A program made the translations under genes and the position numbers. Below, in pieces: positions 57,331 through 64,000 of a stretch of 64,000 nucleotides of DNA (the first letter of the stretch is position 1; every line of letters starts with the position of its first letter). Below the pieces are notes generated by a model. That model made no database searches and was not told the origin of the DNA. It was given only the letters and a program-made list of their open reading frames with translations. This DNA is from Amphiscolops sp. MND2022. Taxonomy: Eukaryota. The stretch covers positions 42,906,001 through 42,970,000 of the forward strand of contig OZ076409.1 in NCBI GenBank assembly GCA_964187785.1, read 5' to 3'.

Positions 57331-60300
57331 TCTGACTCGAGCCTCGAGATAGTTTATGTTGAATAAATTGATATGATTGAAAACACCTTAGGCTCATAAG
57401 GTGTTATTCAACATAAACGAACCATTATCTTAAAAGGAAAAAAACAAAGCTTATATAGTTCAGACAACGGAAGAACCTTATAACAATTTAAAAGACCACT
57501 ATACCACAAGCCCACTATATACTGCCTGATAGGCGAATGCACTACCATTCGTAACAAACTAATTGAAGTGGAGACTGTGGAGATTTGGCACAATTTGGAA
57601 AAACGCAACAGAGATGATAAGTTTCCTACCCCATGCAGAAAAAATTGTGGGGGCAGACAACTAAAAAAATTCATTGTACAGAAAACATCGAAAAATTTTG
57701 TTGGAATTTTTAATTTAGAAATTGTTCTACAAAATTTTCCGATTTGTCCCACAGTACCCAGAAAGACAATCGGGTCCGTATCTTCAATCATATATATGAT
57801 CATATACATCATCTGTTATGTTTTCATATAAATAACCGAAATAATAGATCTGAAAAACATTGTTTGCAATAACATATTTGTTCTTGACATCATGTATATG
57901 ATTTTTGAAGTAACAGTTGGAATTTTGGTTCCATGTCCCTCGTTTACCGCGAACTGCGAAATAGTATTTTCGAAAGCCAAGACAGAAAAAACGCATCTCC
58001 GTGGAGTCTATTCGGACTCGATTCATTGTATAGTAATTTCATTTATGTTTTCATTTCACTTAACGAAGATTTGTGAACATTTAAACGAACTAAGTTTTCC
58101 TTTCAAAGTCATGTTTTCAAATTGAAAATCTTTTTTTTATTTTTTCATACAAACAGAGGGCTTCCAAAAAATTTTTAAATAAACATACTTTCAGGGTTTA
58201 TATATATCATCACTGATGGGTCCCTCTCAACTCGTAGAACGCTTTGACCTTGCAAAAAACAAATAAAATAGGGGTACTTATCGCTGAATTAAAAGTAAAC
58301 ATGAATGAGATTAGCGTAAAATCGAAATTTAGTGTGTCTTTAAAAAGCTGTTTCCAGTTAGAATTAGTTTTTTTCTGCTCGGAAGCACTGCCTGATTTTT
58401 TTAAAAAAAAAACAAGAAGTACTTAAAAGGTGAAATGTTCAAAAGGTGTGGGAAAAGATGACATGAAAACCGAACTAATCAAACCATTTAGGACAACTTC
58501 ACTTCGTCAAACTAAATTTAAAAATTTGAACTCATATTTATTAACAGTTTTGGACTATCTAGCTTGATACGTCAAATCATCAGCCAAACCAGCAGTTTTT
58601 CAAGGAAAACGAAACTTCAATAGACTATTCCAAGTTTTAATTCTTCCAAAAGTGGCCTTTAATTCTTATCAAAATAATCGAGACTAAGAAACAGAAAATG
58701 TGCATCATTCCTTTGCCTGTGATTTTTTTCTTTATTTCTGAAGTACTGAACTCGCTGAGTTATCTGTTTGGAAAGGGAAGTAATACTGACGCTTTCAGAT
58801 AAACTGTACTCTGAAGGAATTTGTCAATTGATAATGGTTCCGTGCCTTCGGAAATGTACTGTTCTAATCAATTTCAGACCTTATTCAATCTCTTGGCAAT
58901 TGAATTTTGTTTTATAGCATTCTGCGCAGCTCAGATCATGGATTTTCATTATATTCATTTATCTATATTTTCAGCTAGTGTTTAGCCTCAAGTCTCATGT
59001 CTGCCACTAACTTTCAGAAACGTTTATTTTGGAGCCTTTCCATAGAATTTTTGCTGATATCGTTGGTTTAAAACACTTTGAACTCCATGTTATGTACTCC
59101 AGAGTGCCTTGTCCCCAGTGTAAGAACAATGTAATTTTTCAGAAAAACATCACATGTGACAAGTTTTGCTTACGAATTCCATTCTCTATTTTAAATGTTA
59201 TATGATATTTTTCGTAGTGCTATTCCCAAAAGCTTTCCTTGTTGTATAAATGATTCGTAAAGCGCTGTCATCCAAAGTGCATGGATGTTTCATGGATTCC
59301 CACAGCATGGCTTGGCATAAATTATGGATGAATCAATTCAGATTTACAAAACCGGTGGTTTCAGAAATAAGAACCTTGAAAGATGATGATTTTGAAATAT
59401 CATGTATAATTTGTAGTTAGAAACGTAATAAATTCGACATGGTTTCAATTTTTTGATGTCATCATAAAAATTTATGATTCAAAATTTTGATTTAATAACA
59501 TATTTTTGTTGGATATATCCATCAAAAATGTAATTAAATCATAAATTTGTATTCTAGAAAAAAATAGATTTCAACGACTAATTTCAACAGTGATTTCTAT
59601 TTTTTGCATATTCCAAGTTCCATTAAACTCAAAGGAAGTCTGCGTTGCCAAAGATATCGGGAAGTGACGAAAACTCGAGAACATTGATCAGACAGTAAGT
59701 TCAACCTTGAAAGCTCTTTAGCAAAACTTCAAAATCGGTTTTGCTTGAAATTTTTCTGAGCCATCAGAATGATTTCGTGGAACGAAAGAAACTTTGCCGG
59801 AAGCCGCGCCCTTGATATTATGAGATAATTATAAGAATATAAACAGCAGTTCAAAAGAACAGTTTTTGTTTAAAAGTTCCGTTAAATTCTCTTTGGTGCA
59901 AAAAAGAAACTCTAGTCATGAAAGTCCTCTTCAAAAGTGTCTTCAAAAGTGGACGTTGTGTATAGAAACAATTCGTCATTTTGTCATCCTTGATTTGAAC
60001 CTACATTCAGTGAGAGACCTCAAAAAATGGAAAATTCGTCAGATTTGATGGATTGTTTTGTGCAGTGCTCACTTCTTTTGTGCAATAATATAATGTTCTT
60101 TCTTCTCAATAACCTCGAGGTACCTCAAAAATGGCGGGATTTGTTTTTTGAAACTTGCAAATTGGTTTTTTATACTAAATGAAACAATTTGTTGATGTCA
60201 TTTCAGACGAACATAGTTTCAGTTTTTCCAATTTTTCCTCAACCTGAGAAACTGAGATCAACACTTTTTCGTTCCCACTTCTTTACAGCCACCCTCCCCC

Positions 60301-61118
60301 TTTTGAAGATGTTTTAGCCACCCTCCCCCTTTAGGCGATCAAGACCCATTTTAGAGAGAATCTATTCTGTCAATTTCTGTCGATTTCTCTACAATCGCTT
60401 TTGGAGTAACTGAAGAACGGAATTGAAAATGAAAAGGACTCATCGCGTGTGTCCCAGGCGGCCGCCCGTGATGGGAATATTTATGCAATTCCTAAAGGAG
60501 CAGTAGTGACAAACTCCACCCCTACAAACCTACCTCTTCTCTGAGCAACGAGAAGATCCTAGCAAACTAGAAAACTTTGAAACATTAATATGTCATGTAA
60601 TACCATTGTGATGTCATACATTGTCTCTGTAAACAACATTAATCATACTAATTCCCCAAATATTGCGACAATTTTAACTTACAATTAGTCTTGTTGGACT
60701 AATTTTTGTTTCAAGGATAAACTATTGTAACATTGAACTTAATTGGGGAAATGTTGTAACCATTGGGAGTTATATTTTTGAAAATGGTGACGTAAAGTAT
60801 GAGAAGAATCAAACGTGCGTTTTCGGAAAACATAACGACTTGCATCATTCATTGGAATATTCGGAGGTTTAAAGAATCAGTCGTTGAAATCAACTGTTTA
60901 AAGTTAAAAATTTATGTTTCAAAAATGATTAAAACACCTAGCGATAGCTAGAATAATAAACGAAGATTACCAGAGTTGACAATATTCTTGTTATCCTCAA
61001 AAACTTCACTGTCCAAACACAATTTTCTCATAAGACGCCGCAGTTTTTTTATTACAGACTTGGGTTGAATGACAACTTTTTAAACAAGAGTTGTTTGTTT
61101 TTTTTTGTCAATGCCTGC

Positions 61119-61364
61119 CTTGAACAAGATGACCATGACAAGATCCAATCTCCACACTTTGTCCGCCTGTCTCAGGCAGTCGATTCTCCTCATTTTGCCC
61201 TTCTGATCGGCGTTACTGAGCACACACGGTGTGTTCATCTTCTTCATCTGAATAGCCTGAACAAATTCTTCTCTATATTCCGGCCGGATATCTTTGCGAA
61301 GTTTGGCGAGAAGTCTAGAGGCCCATTTTGTCTTCATCTCTTCTTTTTCTGATTGAATTTCGTT
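61119..61364 (-). CDS. NFI: Duplicated NFI DNA-binding domain exon
   Basis: Same sequence and splice sites as 51101-51346; which copy is used is unknown. Confidence 0.75.
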
Positions 61365-62153
61365 CTTGAAATGAAAAATACATTATTCTACATAGTCTGC
61401 TAAGTATATTTTCTGACAATACCACGGAAAAATTTGAAATAAAGAACCTTTCAAGTGGACGTTGGTATCTGTAATGGCAAAATGTAGAGTAATGGTGATT
61501 CGGATTCATTTTCAGGTAAACTTCTCAAATCTATGAGGCTTTTTCTCGATTCCAATGCTATGCGGCAATTACACTTTGGGACGACAAGCGCCGTGGGTTT
61601 ACCTTACGAACAGTGAACAAAACCTAAGGGATAGGGTTTGAACGCCCGCAACTGGCCTTGTCCACCATAGATAACAGTTTCGTCAAAAATTCCACTTCCT
61701 TTTGCCCGCATCCTTTTGATACCTTCCAATCGGTCTTATTTTATTGCTTTTTATTTAAGGCACCAGTCTTTTATTGCAAGAGATAACGGGCATTTTGCCT
61801 TCCCAATCTAATGGGCGTCTAATGCTTATATGGCCTGTAGAACTGTAGCAAGTAGAAAGGCTGAGAACTAGTCCAAAACGTCATGGTGATGCAAAAATCA
61901 TTCAATTGTAGATCAAGAGCTGTTTACGTGACAAGATCCTCCACTAACAAAGCGAAACACAATTCAAGTGAAATATAAAAGAAATTTTTGAAATGTGCCC
62001 GAGAACAATGATTGATTGCGAAGACTTTCAGCAACCTCACACAAGCAAACATTAACCTAAGAGGTCACCCTTGAGACTTTAACAAGACGCCCGCTAGGTA
62101 CCAGGATATTTTCCGCCTTGTAAAAAAATTTGGAGAGGGCGAGACTCGAACCC

Positions 62154-64000
62154 TGATATGATTGAAAACACTTTAGGCCCATAATGTTTTATTCAACAAA
62201 AACGAACCATTATCTAAAAAGGAAAAAAAACAAAGCATGTATAGTTCAGACAATGGAAAAACCTTAAAACCATTTAAGAGACCACTATACCACAATCTCC
62301 CCTGCTGGAAAGAGTTAGAGATCAAGTTTCTGAGGAGGCCTTCTCATTCTCTGAGATCTCCTCAAACAGCTTTCTTCTTTGCTTTGATTGTCAGAAACTG
62401 GGACAATTTCTTCCTGGGATTCTGCTGGAGGATCCACTGTACATACATCAGGGATTTCATCCACACAATCGTGGTTTTGACTATTAAAATATATCCTGTC
62501 CTCGCTCATCTTAGAAGTTGAAACGTCTCCAACAAAGTTCTTCGAAGGAGACGAGTATGGTGCCAAATCCCTCAAAGAAACACTACTATCTCTCCCGTCG
62601 GGATATCGAATGCGAGCACATTGGGAGTTCGCTTCCAATAAATTAACCTTTGTAACTAAGGGATCATCTTTTGAATTCCGAATGAATCGCCAAAGAAAAA
62701 CAAGTCCAGGTAGGAGAAGCCATGAGGGGAAGGAACTTCCGAACGCCGACTTTCGCTTATGAAGAAAAATCCTCTCATAAGGGGTTTCGTTTGTGGCCGT
62801 TGAAAGTAAAGAACGAATAGAGTGAAGCGCATCGGGTAACACCAAGTTTCCATTGATTTAGAGCTATTTCTCTTGATTTGAGAGCAAGCCTAACCGCAAT
62901 CCAAATTAACCCGATGAAACGCTCTTATTGCCTATTCCCTTCAAGATTGTATGGTGTAGTGCGACTCATTGAAATTCCTCGCTATGGTAAATACGTTCTC
63001 AATTGCAATGACATGAAAGAAGGACCTCTGTCACTATGAACATAGGACGGCATTCCAAACAAAGACAAAAGCTCATTAAAACAGTGAATAATTGTTTCAC
63101 TAGTCATATCTTTACACAGAAAAGCAAAGGTGAACCTTGAGTATTCATCAACTACTGTCAATATGTAGCTATTATTAGATGCACATTTAGGAAGGAGACC
63201 CTTAAAGTCCACACAGAGACGCTTGAACGGTTGTGTAGCTTTGATGAGAGTTCTATCTTCAGCCTCGAAGAACTGGCGTTTCAACTCAGAACAAACAGGA
63301 CAAAAAGAACAAACTTTTTGAACTTCTTCCAAAGAAAATGGTAAACTTCGTGAACGAATAAAACGATACAGCCGGGTAACGCCAGGATGACACAACGATT
63401 CATGCAAAGACTGAGTAGTAGAAATAGAGGACACTGCGCAAGACACACGCGAAAAGGCATCAGCGACAGTATTTTTGTTGTCCGGTGGGTGTCAATGTCA
63501 TAATTAAAAGCAAGAAGCTCCATCCTCCAACGTTTGATTTTATCATTTTTGAACTTGCTGTGTTTGGTTGCGTCAAACATAACTCACGGATCGTTGATCA
63601 GTGATAAGTGTGAAATGCCTAGTGGATAGCAAATGAGACCACTTCCTGACTGCCTCAATTATAGCTTGAGCTTCTTTTCGACTGCCGAATACTTCAACTC
63701 CGAAGCTGAAAGAGCTTTGGACATAAAAGCAACGAACCTCCCGTTTTGATTCAAGGAGGCAGAAAGAGCGACATCTGATGCATCAGTCTCAACAACAAAG
63801 GGAACATGATCTTCAATGGACTGTAAGGAAACTTTCGCGAGTTCAACTTCAAGAGATTGGAATACATCAAGGCTTTTTGTGATAAAGGAAAAGAAGTAGA
63901 ACGTGAAAGAGGGTAAATTTTATCCGTGAATTGGGGAAGCCATTGAGAATAGTTACCAAACAATTCGAGAAATCGCTTCAAATATTTTATTGTCGAAGGA
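62154..64000 (-). mobile_element. Duplicated 3' part of the Gypsy element (3' LTR, integrase, RNase H, end of RT)
   Basis: Copy of 52136-53982. Confidence 0.92.

Larger units (their letters stand above)
52136..57508 (-). mobile_element. Full-length but decayed Ty3/Gypsy LTR retrotransposon in an NFI intron
   Basis: LTRs 57369-57508 and 52136-52276 (~140 bp, about 14 substitutions and 1 indel); flanks AACCC/AGCCC as degraded TSD; PPT GCAGGGGAGAT; gag-PR-RT-RH-INT order. Confidence 0.93.
60630..64000. repeat. Near-identical duplicate of 50612-53982 (offset 10,018 bp), runs off window
   Basis: Identical ORF set at +10018; two substitutions noticed (52213 G/62231 C, 52926 G/62944 A). Confidence 0.97.

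Noticed and set aside
57500..60629. Search for the NFI N-terminal exon (HPFIEALLP...WFNLQA)
   Set aside because: No matching translation recognised; probably beyond the window.

Overview
Eukaryotic (invertebrate animal-like), AT-rich, transposon-dense DNA with two convergent spliced host genes. On +, the 3' six exons of a TTLL12 ortholog (10586-14338). On -, a Nuclear Factor I (NFI/CTF) gene with nine coding exons between 51346 and 18802; its first coding exon was not found in the window. The rest is mostly mobile DNA. It includes a decayed Ty3/Gypsy element with an F-type env-like gene (1-~10230), a full-length Gypsy element with a Tf1-like self-priming structure instead of a tRNA PBS (52136-57508, two nested MITEs in pol), an internally deleted LTR element (43059-44520), a frameshifted hAT transposase (28290-29891), and many Helentron/DINE-like repeats. 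Notable structure: (i) a ~1.6 kb ORF-poor, GC-elevated, hairpin-dense segment between inverted repeat arrays next to the hAT gene (candidate large structured RNA, unproven); (ii) a near-identical 10,018-bp-offset duplication that copies the NFI DNA-binding exon and starts at the apex of a 60-bp perfect palindrome; (iii) a GC-AG NFI intron with terminal inverted repeats; (iv) an exact 960-bp tandem duplication. All calls are by-eye; no searches or folding were run.
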